This document shows, piece after piece, positions 27,397-37,732 of a stretch of DNA of 64,000 bases (its first letter is position 1; every line of letters starts with the position of its first letter). The DNA comes from a candidate division WOR-3 bacterium (GTDB lineage Bacteria > Hydrothermota > Tepidihabitantia > Tepidihabitantales > Tepidihabitantaceae): assembly GCA_965649295.1 (NCBI GenBank), contig CBFGKH010000011.1, forward strand, positions 1 to 64,000, written 5' to 3'. A model generated the notes under the pieces. The model saw nothing but the letters and a program-made list of their open reading frames with translations. It was not told the DNA's origin and ran no database searches. The translations under genes were made by a program, and so were the position numbers.

Positions 27397-29643
27397 ATGA
27401 GTGTTCACCCATCCTTGCGGATGGCCATAGGCATCTTGCTATTCAGCAGCAGCGCGTTGGCCGGCAAGATGATTGTTCGTGTCAACGCCCGGAGCTATGA
27501 TGAGTTGCGTCGGGCGATTGACTTCAAAGGTACGACGATTGAAATCGTCGGGGCGCAGACTGGTGAGTCGTACGACTTGATGCTTGAACGAGGCGACTAT
27601 GGACAGGTCGCTGGCAGCGGATTGTTAGTAACCGTGATCTGTGACGACACGGACACGCGCAAATCGGAAATCGCGCATGATGGGCAGTATCAGTCCTATG
27701 ACGAGCTGAAAACGGTTATGCGCAACTGGGCTGCCAACTATCCGGAGATTGTCAGGATTGACAGCATTGGGCCGACGCATGAGGGTCGGTACATCTACAT
27801 GGTCAAGATCAGTGATAACCCGAATGTCGATGAAGACGAGCCCGAAGTCCTTCTTGACGCCCAGCATCACTCACGAGAGTGGGCGGCTGGCCAGGCGGCC
27901 CGGCACTTTGCCGACACACTGATAACCAACTACACTACTAATCAGGCGTTTCGTGATTTCGTTGACAATCATGAAGTCTGGGTAATTCCGATTGTCAACG
28001 TTGATGGCTTTGTCTATGACTATCCGGCACAGCGTTACTGGCGTAAGAATCGGCAGCCGTTCGGCAGTTCGACTGGTTGCGATCCCAATCGTGACTACAA
28101 TGGTTGCTGTAACGGTGACCGGATGGGTGACTGGGGTTCGCTGGTTCCCGGATCGCGGACGTCGCACCGGCCGAGCGACGAAACCTGGTTCGGTGCGCGT
28201 GGAGCATGGGGATTGGAGGTGAACGCGCTTGCTGAGTTCTTCAAACAGCGGACGTTCGTTGCCAATGTCTCGCTTCATTCCTATTCCGAGCTTGTGCTCT
28301 GGCCTTATGGTTACGGACCGCAGATTCCCGATAACGCGTTTATTGCCAGCTTGGGTACGCGCGCCGCAGCTCAGATGTCCACGCTCGGCGGTGGAACATA
28401 CGAGCCGGGACAGAGCGTGACGCTGTATCCGAATGCCTGCGGGTCCTGCGACTGGATGTACGGCTGGGCTCACTACGTTGGCGGGTTTCCGTGCATGTCG
28501 TATGTTTTCGAGCTTGGCACCGATTTCTATCAGCCCACCGGCGAGCTTGATGCCATCGAACGAGAGTGTTTTGATGGGCTGTGGTTCATATTCAGTCGTG
28601 CTGATTCGATTCGGCACACATTGCAGGGCATGGTGCCGCGACCAATCTTAGCGCCGATTGATACCTCGGCATCGGGTGATTTCCGTCTGCACTGGACTCC
28701 GATTCGACCGGAGTATAACCGTCCTGACGGTTGGGATGTTGAAGAACTGTCTGGTCTCACGGTTGGCGAAGACGGTTTTGAAGCTGGGCTTGGTCGCTGG
28801 GTGGCGCAGGGCGCAACTGCTTCCACTACTCAGAAGCATACTGGCAGCTACAGCGCTTATCTCGGCACCGGCAACAACATTTCGAACTTCATCATGACGG
28901 TTGACCCTTACCCGGTTCAGCCGGGTGATAGCCTGATCTACTGGATTTGGTATAACGTTGAGAGCAACTACGACGTAACAATTGCGGAGGTTTCGCTTGA
29001 GGGTAAGGAGTGGATTCAACTCCATGACCGTTTCACCGGCAATTCAAATGGGTGGCTGCGTAAGGCTTGGTCACTTGAACCGTGGGTCGGTAAGTCGGTC
29101 TATGTCCGCTTCCGTTACATGACGGACGATGGAACTACGAATGCCGGAGTTTACATCGATGACGTTCGACCCGTGCCTGCTTTCGCAAGCCGGACAGTCA
29201 TCGCGACTGGGTTGACTGACACAATCTGCGATGTGGTCGGTAAAACACCGGGCCAGTACTGGTATCGGGTCCGGGGACACAACGTGGCGTGGGGCTATGG
29301 AGACTGGGGTCCGCTGGAAGACGTCGTCGTTAGTGGAACAGGGGTGACCCAGGACCTGGAGAAGACTCGTTTGCCTTGCGAATTGCATGCTGTGCCTAAT
29401 CCGGCTTCGGGGCGGGCGCTGGTGCGTTTTGTCTTACCGCGCGCTGGTAGGGCAACAGTAGCAGTTGCCGATGCAAGTGGTCGAGTGGTGAGGGCACTGG
29501 CAGCCGGTCAGTTGCCAGCCGGCGAGTTCAGCCTTGTCTGGGACGGTCGTGATGATCAGGGCAAGGAAGTTCCGGCTGGTCTATACTACGTGAGACTGAG
29601 CGGTATTGCGACGGCGACAGCGCGACTGGCCATCATCCGCTAG
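27397..29643 (+). CDS. Secreted M14 zinc carboxypeptidase (carboxypeptidase T-like) with FlgD-Ig/secretion tail
   Basis: 'HHSREW', 'WRKNR', 'DPNRDY', 'SLHSYSE', 'FELG'; tail 'WDGRDDQGKEVPAGLYY'. Confidence 0.88.
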   Translation: MSVHPSLRMAIGILLFSSSALAGKMIVRVNARSYDELRRAIDFKGTTIEIVGAQTGESYDLMLERGDYGQVAGSGLLVTVICDDTDTRKSEIAHDGQYQSYDELKTVMRNWAANYPEIVRIDSIGPTHEGRYIYMVKISDNPNVDEDEPEVLLDAQHHSREWAAGQAARHFADTLITNYTTNQAFRDFVDNHEVWVIPIVNVDGFVYDYPAQRYWRKNRQPFGSSTGCDPNRDYNGCCNGDRMGDWGSLVPGSRTSHRPSDETWFGARGAWGLEVNALAEFFKQRTFVANVSLHSYSELVLWPYGYGPQIPDNAFIASLGTRAAAQMSTLGGGTYEPGQSVTLYPNACGSCDWMYGWAHYVGGFPCMSYVFELGTDFYQPTGELDAIERECFDGLWFIFSRADSIRHTLQGMVPRPILAPIDTSASGDFRLHWTPIRPEYNRPDGWDVEELSGLTVGEDGFEAGLGRWVAQGATASTTQKHTGSYSAYLGTGNNISNFIMTVDPYPVQPGDSLIYWIWYNVESNYDVTIAEVSLEGKEWIQLHDRFTGNSNGWLRKAWSLEPWVGKSVYVRFRYMTDDGTTNAGVYIDDVRPVPAFASRTVIATGLTDTICDVVGKTPGQYWYRVRGHNVAWGYGDWGPLEDVVVSGTGVTQDLEKTRLPCELHAVPNPASGRALVRFVLPRAGRATVAVADASGRVVRALAAGQLPAGEFSLVWDGRDDQGKEVPAGLYYVRLSGIATATARLAIIR

Positions 29644-29666
29644 CGGTTTCGAATTCGTCTGCTGAC

Positions 29667-29697
29667 GGGAGGCGCTTGTAGCGCCTCCCTTTCTTTT
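29667..29697 (+). terminator. Rho-independent terminator
   Basis: GGGAGGCGCT-TGT-AGCGCCTCCC followed by TTTCTTTT. Confidence 0.75.
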
Positions 29698-29758
29698 CTT
29701 GAGAACATGAATAGCGCGGCGGGCTTGCTCGGGCCACGTTTCCGAATAGGCTTGTCAC

Positions 29759-31672
29759 GTGATTTCACTAAGTGGTATTACAGTTGAGTTTGGCACGCAA
29801 TTGCTGTATCAGGACGTCAACCTTTTTGTCGGGCCGGACGACCGCATCGGACTGGTCGGGGCCAATGGCACGGGCAAGTCAACTATTCTCAGACTTATTG
29901 CCGGCTTGCAGGAACCATCAGCGGGTCAGGTTGACATCCGGCGGGGAACCAGGATTGCCTACCTTCCTCAGACTGGTGCGGTAGTCGGCGAACGGACAGT
30001 GCTTGAAGAGGCAATGTCGGCATTCAGTCATATTGATGAGATTCAGGCGGAGATGCATGAACTTGAGCACCGCATGACTGATCCGACAATCACTGATGAC
30101 GAAATGACGGCGGTGTTGCGCCGTTACGCTGACTTGCAGCAGCATTTCGGGACCGATGCCTATGACCGCCAGTCCCGGGCCGAGAAGATGCTCAAGGACC
30201 TGGGGTTCACCGAGGACGATTTCGCCAAGCCGGCAAAGCAGCAGAGTGGTGGATTCCAGGTGAGATTGGCACTGGCTCGGATGCTGCTTGAGGACCCGGA
30301 TGTGCTGTTGCTGGATGAGCCGACGAACTACCTTGATATCCGCTCGATTGAATGGCTGCAGGAGTATCTAAGCTCGTATTCAGGTGCGGTTGTTATGATT
30401 GCCCATGACCGTTATCTACTCGATGCTTTGGTCAGACGGATATGGGGGATAGAGGGGCGACGAGTTGTTGTCTTCCCAGGTAACTACTCGGACTATCTTG
30501 CGAACAAGGCAGAGCGTGACGATCAGCAGCAGCGCAAGTATGAGGAGCAGCAGGCTTTCATCAAGCGGACAGAACAGTTCATTGCCAAGTTCAAGGGCAG
30601 GAAAGATACAGCCAAGCGAGCAATGAGCCGGCAAAAGATGTTGGATAAGCTTGAGCTAATTGAACCGCCCGAGATAGCACCTTCTATCTTCTTTCGTTTC
30701 CCAGAGGCGGAGGAGGTGTATGGCAAGGCATTTGAGCTGGTCGGTGTTGCCAAGTCTTTTGGCGGCCGACAGGTTCTGACTGATGTCAATCTCGTCGTTG
30801 GTGGGGGTGAGCGCATCGGTCTGTTTGGTGCTAATGGTCAGGGCAAGACTACTTTGCTGCGAATGATTGCGGGCAAGATAGAACCTGATTCAGGCACAAT
30901 TTGGCGAAGCCAGAAGACAAGTATCGCTTACTACGAGCAGGGCGCGGAGGAGAAGATCAATCCAGAACTAACGGTTCTTCAGGCCGCGGCTGAGGCTGGA
31001 GCCGGTTTCACGGAGAATGAGCTTAAGGGAGTACTGGGTACGTTTCTGTTTTCGGGTGATGCTGTGGACAAGCGAGTCGCTGTGCTCTCTGGTGGCGAGC
31101 GTAGTCGGCTGGCGATTGTTCGGGCATTGCTGACTCCGTCCAATTTGCTGATTCTTGATGAGCCTACCAACCATCTTGATATTCAGTCACGGGAGATACT
31201 GTTCGAGGCTATTGCTCGCTACCGGCGAACCGTGGTGTTCGCTGCTCACGACCGATTCATGCTGGACAAGCTGGCTGACAAGACCGTTCGGGTCGAGGGT
31301 GGCGCAGCAATACTTTTCCCGGGGAATTACAGCTATGCATCCGGTCGGGCAAAGGCCACGCCGGCCCGTGTGGCGCAGCGACCGACCACCGTCGAGCGAC
31401 CAGAGATATCAGCCAGGACAAAGAATCAGCAGCCGCCTAGTGGTGCAGTGAAGCCTCCCCCTGTCCGTCAGCCGCAGCGGAAAGGCGCAGGAGGACCGGC
31501 TGACCGCATTGCCGCAATCCGAGCCAGGCTTGATCAGTTGCAGCTTGAGTACGAAAAGGCGCGGCAGTCATTGGACTTTGCCCGAGCACGCGAGTTGAAC
31601 GAGGAGCGGCGGGCGCTGGAAACCGAGCTGGCCCAACGTCAGGCTGATGAGCTGGCTGATTCGGGTGCTTGA
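29759..31672 (+). CDS. ABC-F family ribosome-associated ATPase
   Basis: Two NBDs (GANGTGKS, GANGQGKT; DEPTNYLD, DEPTNHLD), a helical linker, no TM segment, C-terminal coiled coil. Confidence 0.92.
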   Translation: MISLSGITVEFGTQLLYQDVNLFVGPDDRIGLVGANGTGKSTILRLIAGLQEPSAGQVDIRRGTRIAYLPQTGAVVGERTVLEEAMSAFSHIDEIQAEMHELEHRMTDPTITDDEMTAVLRRYADLQQHFGTDAYDRQSRAEKMLKDLGFTEDDFAKPAKQQSGGFQVRLALARMLLEDPDVLLLDEPTNYLDIRSIEWLQEYLSSYSGAVVMIAHDRYLLDALVRRIWGIEGRRVVVFPGNYSDYLANKAERDDQQQRKYEEQQAFIKRTEQFIAKFKGRKDTAKRAMSRQKMLDKLELIEPPEIAPSIFFRFPEAEEVYGKAFELVGVAKSFGGRQVLTDVNLVVGGGERIGLFGANGQGKTTLLRMIAGKIEPDSGTIWRSQKTSIAYYEQGAEEKINPELTVLQAAAEAGAGFTENELKGVLGTFLFSGDAVDKRVAVLSGGERSRLAIVRALLTPSNLLILDEPTNHLDIQSREILFEAIARYRRTVVFAAHDRFMLDKLADKTVRVEGGAAILFPGNYSYASGRAKATPARVAQRPTTVERPEISARTKNQQPPSGAVKPPPVRQPQRKGAGGPADRIAAIRARLDQLQLEYEKARQSLDFARARELNEERRALETELAQRQADELADSGA

Positions 31673-32079
31673 TGGAGTTCGGGGTTTCGGCTGGCAAAGC
31701 GAATGCGCTTGCACTACTGATGCGGCGGCTCGGTATTCGCGAGGAGGATATCGAGGAGCGGTTTGTAAGAGCAGCCGGGCCGGGCGGTCAGAATGTGAAC
31801 AAGACCGCGACCGCAGTGTTCCTGCGGCACCGGCCCAGCGGCATCGAGGTCAAGTGCCAAAAGACGCGGTCGCAGGCGTTGAACCGGTTTCTTGCTCGGC
31901 GGCTACTCTGTCACAGGCTGCAGGAGATAGTCGAAGGCCGACGTAGTGCTGAGCAGGCGCGAATCGCCCGGTTGCGGCGGCAGAAACGTCGTCGTTCGAG
32001 AAGGGCTCAGCAAAAGGTGCTGGAGAACAAGCGCCGACGCGCTTTGGTAAAGGAGCAGCGTCGGTCGCCCACCGAGTGA
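31669..32079 (+). CDS. Codon-independent peptidyl-tRNA hydrolase (ArfB-like, RF-1 domain only)
   Basis: 'FVRAAGPGGQNVNKT', 'RSQALNR', and a highly basic C-terminal tail. Confidence 0.85.
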   Translation: MMEFGVSAGKANALALLMRRLGIREEDIEERFVRAAGPGGQNVNKTATAVFLRHRPSGIEVKCQKTRSQALNRFLARRLLCHRLQEIVEGRRSAEQARIARLRRQKRRRSRRAQQKVLENKRRRALVKEQRRSPTE

Positions 32080-32313
32080 TACAGCTTGGTGAAGGCATCT
32101 AGAACGTCTTAAGAAGTCGCTATTTCTATCACTGAGGAGCGATGTCGGTTTTCATGTCAAGGAAACTATTCCAACTCACTATTCGGCGGCGGCAATGCCA
32201 ACAGCCTAGAAGAAAGAAGACCCGCCGTCGGCCGAAAACCGGGCGAGTAGCCGACTGCTGTTCAGCAGTCTCATTTGACAGCGTCAGGCCTGCGCCTAGT
32301 ATCAGTCACAAGC

Positions 32314-33153
32314 GTGCGATTCGGATTTCATGTCTCGATTGCCGGCGGGTTTGCCCTTGTCGGTGAGCGGGCGACTGCGCTCGGGTGCGAGACATTGCAA
32401 CTCTTCACATCCAATCCGCGTGGCTGGCAGGTGAGTGAACTTGCTGAGGCTGATGTCAGCGCTTTTCGCGCCGACATGAAGACCCGCGGGATTAGGCCAC
32501 TGTTTGGTCACGTTCCTTATCTTCCCAACTTGGCGGCGGCGGGAGCAACGCGCCGTCGTTCGCTGGCAGCAATTGAGGAACAGCTCCGACGTTGCGCGGT
32601 TCTTGGTCTTGACTATCTCGTGTGTCATATCGGCAAGGCTCTTGGCCAGAGCGAACGAGCAGCTCTGCAACAGGTGGCGATTAATGTCAATGAGATTCTG
32701 GGGCGGGTGCGCGGCAATCGGGTGCTACTGTTACTCGAGAATACTGCTGGAATGGGCACTGAGGTTGGCTACCGTTTTGAGCAGATTGCCAGTGTCCTTA
32801 GTGAGATCGAGCAGCGCAGCCGTGTTGGTGTTTTGCTTGACACGGCCCATGCATTTGCTGCCGGCTATGAATGGCGCACGAAGTTTGGAATTGACCAGAC
32901 GCTGCGTGAGTTCGACCGAACTATCGGCCTGGCACGACTCTATGGTCTGCACCTGAATGATTCGCGGTCCGGGCTCGGTTCACGCAAGGACCGGCACTGG
33001 CATATAGGTCAGGGCGAAATCGGTCAGGCTGGATTTCGGTTGATCATCAATCACCCATTGCTGCGGCACTTACCAGCAGTGCTGGAGACTCCCCGTAAGG
33101 ATGAACGTGATGACCAGCGCAATCTGGCGATGGTTAGGAGTCTGGCGGAATGA
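32314..33153 (+). CDS. nfo: Endonuclease IV
   Basis: 'GFHVSIAGG', 'HVPYLPNLA', 'LENTAG', 'LDTAHAF', 'HLNDS', 'DRHWHIG', 'LETP'. The track's TTG start at 32275 is actually the -35 box. Confidence 0.9.
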   Translation: MRFGFHVSIAGGFALVGERATALGCETLQLFTSNPRGWQVSELAEADVSAFRADMKTRGIRPLFGHVPYLPNLAAAGATRRRSLAAIEEQLRRCAVLGLDYLVCHIGKALGQSERAALQQVAINVNEILGRVRGNRVLLLLENTAGMGTEVGYRFEQIASVLSEIEQRSRVGVLLDTAHAFAAGYEWRTKFGIDQTLREFDRTIGLARLYGLHLNDSRSGLGSRKDRHWHIGQGEIGQAGFRLIINHPLLRHLPAVLETPRKDERDDQRNLAMVRSLAE

Positions 33154-34529
33154 AGCTACGGTTCTGGGGTGGGGTCAGAACCGTGACTGGCTCGAAACAC
33201 CTGCTTACTTCAGGCAAGCAGCGGTTGCTGTTGGAGTGCGGTTTGTTTCAGGGGCACCGGGATGAGGCCGAGTACACCAATCGTCATTTTCCGTTCAAGG
33301 CGCGAGAGATTGATAACTGCGTCATTAGCCACGCCCACATTGACCACGTTGGTAACGTTCCCAATCTGGTTAAGTTCGGGTTCCGAGGCCCAATCCTGAT
33401 GACCAAGGGCAGTGTTGCCTTGTCTCGGCTGCTGTTGCTCGATTCGGCTAAGATTCAGGAATCGGACGTCCGCTATGTGAACAGGCATATGCGCGATAAG
33501 GACGCAGCGCCGCGCACGCCGGTTTATACGACCGAAGACGCCCAGGAGTCATTACGCTACCTGGAAGGCCTGAGCTATGCCAAGCGCAAGAAGCTGAACG
33601 GTTTCACGATTACGCTTCACGATGCCGGTCATATCCTTGGTTCGGCGCTGGTTGATATTGAGTGCGAGGGTCGGCGGCTCCTTTTTACTGGTGATCTAGG
33701 CCGACGGAAGATGCCAATAATCAATGATCCGGTGCAAGTTACCGAGGCTGACTTTCTGATAATTGAGGCGACCTATGGCAACCGTCGGCACGGCGACTAC
33801 CGTGAGGTGAGTAATCGGCTGGCCGAGGTAATTAACCGGGTTGCGGCTCGCGGTGGGCGGGTCATCATTCCCGCTTTTGCTGTTGAGCGTTCGCAGGAGA
33901 TTGTCTATACGCTCAATCGTCTGCGGCAGAACAACCTGATACCGGAACTGCCGGTCTATGTTGACTCGCCGCTGGCGAGCGATGTCACTGAGGTCTATCG
34001 CAATTACCCGCAGTATTACGATGAGGAAGCGCGGCAGCTACTGAACGGGCATCAGAATCTTTTTGACTTTCCGGGGTTGCGCTACGTGCAGTCGGTCGAA
34101 GAATCAAAGGCGCTGAACGACTCCACTGAGCCATGTGTGATAATCTCGGCTTCAGGAATGTGTGAGGCCGGTAGAGTACTGCATCACCTAAAGCATGCTA
34201 TTGGTGATGAACGCAATCTGGTGCTGATCGTTTCCTACCAGGCAGAGAACACGTTGGGGCGGCGAATTGCCGAGCGACAGCCGGTTGTGCGCATCTACGG
34301 CGAGGAATACGCGTTGCGGGCTGAGGTTGTGGTGATGGATGAGTTCAGTGCCCATGCCGACCGTGATGGTTTGCTACAATATGTGGCGGCAATGAATCGG
34401 CAGCGGCTGAAGAAGGCCTTTATTGTCCATTCTGAACTTGAGGCAGCTCAGGCGATGGTTGAGCCATTGCTCAGCTTGGGCGTGCGCGAGGTTATCATTC
34501 CGGAGGTAGGCGATGAATACGAATTGTAA
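33150..34529 (+). CDS. MBL-fold beta-CASP ribonuclease-family protein
   Basis: 'SHAHIDH', 'AGHILGS', 'TGDLG', 'EATYG', 'SASGMCEAGR', 'FSAHAD'. Confidence 0.9.
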   Translation: MKLRFWGGVRTVTGSKHLLTSGKQRLLLECGLFQGHRDEAEYTNRHFPFKAREIDNCVISHAHIDHVGNVPNLVKFGFRGPILMTKGSVALSRLLLLDSAKIQESDVRYVNRHMRDKDAAPRTPVYTTEDAQESLRYLEGLSYAKRKKLNGFTITLHDAGHILGSALVDIECEGRRLLFTGDLGRRKMPIINDPVQVTEADFLIIEATYGNRRHGDYREVSNRLAEVINRVAARGGRVIIPAFAVERSQEIVYTLNRLRQNNLIPELPVYVDSPLASDVTEVYRNYPQYYDEEARQLLNGHQNLFDFPGLRYVQSVEESKALNDSTEPCVIISASGMCEAGRVLHHLKHAIGDERNLVLIVSYQAENTLGRRIAERQPVVRIYGEEYALRAEVVVMDEFSAHADRDGLLQYVAAMNRQRLKKAFIVHSELEAAQAMVEPLLSLGVREVIIPEVGDEYEL

Positions 34530-35205
34530 GGGCAGGTGGTGGCTAGTACTTGGGCTCTTGCTCGCTGTTACTGGCTGCGACTGGCTGATATCGCAGGACC
34601 ACACACCGCCAGTGTGTACCATTGTCAGTCCAGCCGACTCAACGCTCGTAAGCGGAACCGAGATAGTGCAGGCCACTGCGACCGACTCATTGGGTGTGCT
34701 CAAGGTTGACTTCTACGTAGATGATGTCCTCACCGGCACCGACACCCTCGAACCGTACACATTTGTCTGGTCAACTGCCGGACTGGCACAGAACTCCTGG
34801 CACCGGCTAGTCTGCAAGGCGACGGACTACAATAGCAATGTTGGGACAAGCAATACGGTCAACGTGCAGGTCTATGTCGGTGGGCAACGGGGCGTTGTCC
34901 ATGGCCAGTTCGACATTGATGGCGGCTACTTCCTTGGTATCGGCTTTACGGCAAATGCCGGTGATACCTTGACTGGGGATGTGCTTGTTACTGCTGGGGG
35001 TGCTTTGAGTACATTCATGTGGCTTGACCGGCAGAACTATGCAGCGTTTCGCAGCAGCAGCTCGTATTCGTCCATTCTGCGACAGGACAACTTTGCCTCA
35101 CTGTCCGTACGCCAGGCAGTGCCGGCCAGCGATTCTTTCTATCTTGTGTACCTGAACTCGGGTACCAGCACGCGTCGCGTGTGGACTCGTTTTGTACTGG
35201 AGTAA
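34513..35205 (+). CDS. Lipoprotein with bacterial Ig-like domain
   Basis: Lipobox-like 'AVTG-C'; 'DHTPPVCTIVSP...VDFYVD...EPYTFVWST'. Confidence 0.72.
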   Translation: MNTNCKGRWWLVLGLLLAVTGCDWLISQDHTPPVCTIVSPADSTLVSGTEIVQATATDSLGVLKVDFYVDDVLTGTDTLEPYTFVWSTAGLAQNSWHRLVCKATDYNSNVGTSNTVNVQVYVGGQRGVVHGQFDIDGGYFLGIGFTANAGDTLTGDVLVTAGGALSTFMWLDRQNYAAFRSSSSYSSILRQDNFASLSVRQAVPASDSFYLVYLNSGTSTRRVWTRFVLE

Positions 35206-35208
35206 GTC

Positions 35209-36669
35209 ATGACTATCCTGCTACTCTGTGTTGCTCTCTGGTCACGGCCGGCTTTGGTGCCCGTAACCGAACAGGACCTTGACCGGGCAGACCGAATTCA
35301 GACTGATTTGGCCTTGACCGACGATGCTCCGCGACTCGCTGCTAGCGGTCAAGTGCCGGGCAGGTTTGTGGTCGGATTCGAGCGCAAGGAGGTCATTGCC
35401 GATATCGTTGGTTTGATCCGGCGCATTGACGAAGCCGGGAGGTTTGCCGTAGTTGACATCGGCGACGACCCAAAGGCCGAGGCAGCGTTGCTGAGCCTGA
35501 AGAACCGGCCGGGAATTCGCTACGTCGAGCCGGATTATGAGGTGCGGGCTGCGGGCCTGCCCAATGACCCACTGTTCCTCGGATATCAATGGGACAAGTG
35601 GGTGATGTATGCTGACCAGGCTTGGGATATTACGACCGGTCAGGCCACTGTGAAGGTTGCCATCGTTGACAACGGTTCTGATTACCAGCACGTTGACCTG
35701 CAGCCGAACTTTCGCGCTGGCCAGTATGGCCGCGATTTCATCGACGGTGACGACGACCCGCGACCGGTCAATACCAGTCAGCCGGCGTCATTCCACGGTA
35801 CGCACGTTGCCGGCATCGTCGGCGCAGCAATCAACAACAATACCGGAATCGCCGGTTGGGCCCAGTGTCAGCTTGTGGCGGTGCGGGTGCTCAATGACTC
35901 GGGCTCTGGTCTAACATCAGACCTTGCTTCGGGAATCCGCTGGGCTGCCGACAATGGCTGTCGGATAATCAACATGAGTCTGACCGCCGCTTCGGCGCCG
36001 ACCGATGTGGTCGAAGCCTGCCAGTATGCTGCGAGCAGGGGTTGTTTGCTTGTGGCGGCGTCTGGTAATGATGGGGCAGCCAATATTGGGTATCCGGCCG
36101 GACTGGCGACAGTCATTGCGGTTGGCGCAATTGATCAGAACTCAGGCCGGGCCTCATACTCAAACTACGGGCCTGGTCAGGAGCTGGTTGCCTGCGGAAC
36201 CTACATCCATTCGACTGTGCCGGGTAATCTCTATATGGAATTGAGTGGGACCTCGATGGCCACGCCCCAGGTTTCGGGCATTGCGGCGCTGATGATGAGC
36301 GTTGACCAAAACCTGAGCGCAGGCCGGGTACGGGCGCTACTCGCAGCAGCGGCGATTGATATGGGAACAGAAGGTCGTGACCAGTTCTATGGCTACGGCC
36401 TGGTCAATGCGCGGCGCGCAGTTGAGCTTGCGGCGATGGACCGGCAACGTGGGTTTGGTCGTCTGTTTCCCAGGGTGACTGGAACTACAATCATCAGTCG
36501 TGAGTTCCGGTTGCCTCCGTGGGTGGAGCAGGTGACTGCATTTGACCCGAGCGGCCGCGGCCGCAGGTTGGTTGTCCAGTCCGGCACTGTTTCGCTTTGG
36601 CCCGGAGTCTGGTTTGCCCGACTCGAAGGCAAGGGGCGGGTCGAGACCAAGCGGCTGGTCGTGCGCTAG
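35209..36669 (+). CDS. Secreted S8 subtilisin/thermitase-like serine protease
   Basis: Catalytic triad motifs 'AIVDNG', 'HGTHVAG', 'SGTSMATP'. Confidence 0.92.
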   Translation: MTILLLCVALWSRPALVPVTEQDLDRADRIQTDLALTDDAPRLAASGQVPGRFVVGFERKEVIADIVGLIRRIDEAGRFAVVDIGDDPKAEAALLSLKNRPGIRYVEPDYEVRAAGLPNDPLFLGYQWDKWVMYADQAWDITTGQATVKVAIVDNGSDYQHVDLQPNFRAGQYGRDFIDGDDDPRPVNTSQPASFHGTHVAGIVGAAINNNTGIAGWAQCQLVAVRVLNDSGSGLTSDLASGIRWAADNGCRIINMSLTAASAPTDVVEACQYAASRGCLLVAASGNDGAANIGYPAGLATVIAVGAIDQNSGRASYSNYGPGQELVACGTYIHSTVPGNLYMELSGTSMATPQVSGIAALMMSVDQNLSAGRVRALLAAAAIDMGTEGRDQFYGYGLVNARRAVELAAMDRQRGFGRLFPRVTGTTIISREFRLPPWVEQVTAFDPSGRGRRLVVQSGTVSLWPGVWFARLEGKGRVETKRLVVR

Positions 36670-37007
36670 TCCGGCCGGTATTCGGCCCAAGAGTAGTCGG
36701 TTTCCCAGACCCGGACGGCTGTCACCGGATAGGCCTTACTCATCTCCTCAAAGAACCGACGGGCTAGATTCTCGGCGGTCGGATTGAAGTCATAGACCTC
36801 GTTCAGCATCTGGTGGTCAGGCAGGATACTTTCGAGCTTCGCTCCGACGGCGGTGAAGTCGGCGACCATCCCCGGTTTGCGCAAGCGTTTGGCTGCCAGT
36901 TCAACTTCCACACGATAGTTGTGGCCATGGACATTCTCGCACTTGCTGTCACTTTCGTGAATCCAGTGCGCTCCGCTGAAGGTTCGACTGACACAGATGG
37001 TGTACAT
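36666..37007 (-). CDS. queD: 6-carboxy-5,6,7,8-tetrahydropterin synthase
   Basis: 'FSGAH', 'CENVHGHNY', 'PTAEN', 'VWET'; SD AGGAGG. Confidence 0.88.
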   Translation of the reverse strand: MYTICVSRTFSGAHWIHESDSKCENVHGHNYRVEVELAAKRLRKPGMVADFTAVGAKLESILPDHQMLNEVYDFNPTAENLARRFFEEMSKAYPVTAVRVWETDYSWAEYRPD

Positions 37008-37679
37008 CTTGTCCTCCTTAGCGAATGATAGGTTGATGACAGGACGGGGTCAAGCTAGGACGGATGTGTCATCCTGAGGCCATAGTGGTCGAGTGGTGGT
37101 ACTCGGATAGGGAAGTGCAGTTACAGTTGCGGGGTGCGAGAGTGGTTCTGGTGGCGTGACGTTTGTCTAGTCGAATCGTGGTCGGAATGAGTTTCTTCTC
37201 AGGCAAACGTAGATACTCTTGCCGCAAGGTGTGGCAGTGAGATGAAAAAGGACAATTATGGCTAGTTCCAATGGGATACTCAGTTGGGAGCAGCTAGGCG
37301 ATGCTTGGGTGTTGATGCTATTGCAAGGTTAGTGACACAAGTGTCGAATTGTCTTTGAATTAGCCGGTGGAATGATTGTTTCTTGCTTCACCCAGGGTAT
37401 TGTCCCGGGGATGGTCTCGGTAGCCTATTGCGAGGGAGTCTCTGATGGTGATTCCTGATGAACCAGTGATTGGGCTTCGGTGTTTGTCTGCGGTTCTGTC
37501 TTGGGTGGTCTTTGTGGCAAGGTTGGATAGGGTGTGGGTGAGGGTGTTTGGCTGAGTGTCTGCTGCTGGGACTTAGCAGTGGTTTTCCAGCTTGTGACAA
37601 GGGCGGTCTCGAACGGGCTTTGTTCGGTTCTTGTCAATTAGGCTCTGGTCTGGGCTGCTACTGTTCTTCCGACTGCTTA

Positions 37680-37715
37680 TAGCGAAAGCGGCAGCAAGTG
37701 CTGCCGCTTTCGCTA
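37680..37715 (-). terminator. 16-bp hairpin downstream of the aeRF1-like gene
   Basis: TAGCGAAAGCGGCAGC-AAGT-GCTGCCGCTTTCGCTA. Confidence 0.65.
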
Positions 37716-37732
37716 GCTATCTCTTGGTGGTG

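Noticed and set aside
32142..32366. 74-aa basic ORF with an upstream GAGGAG
   Set aside because: SD spacing is too short, it overlaps the nfo promoter and start, and no family is recognisable.
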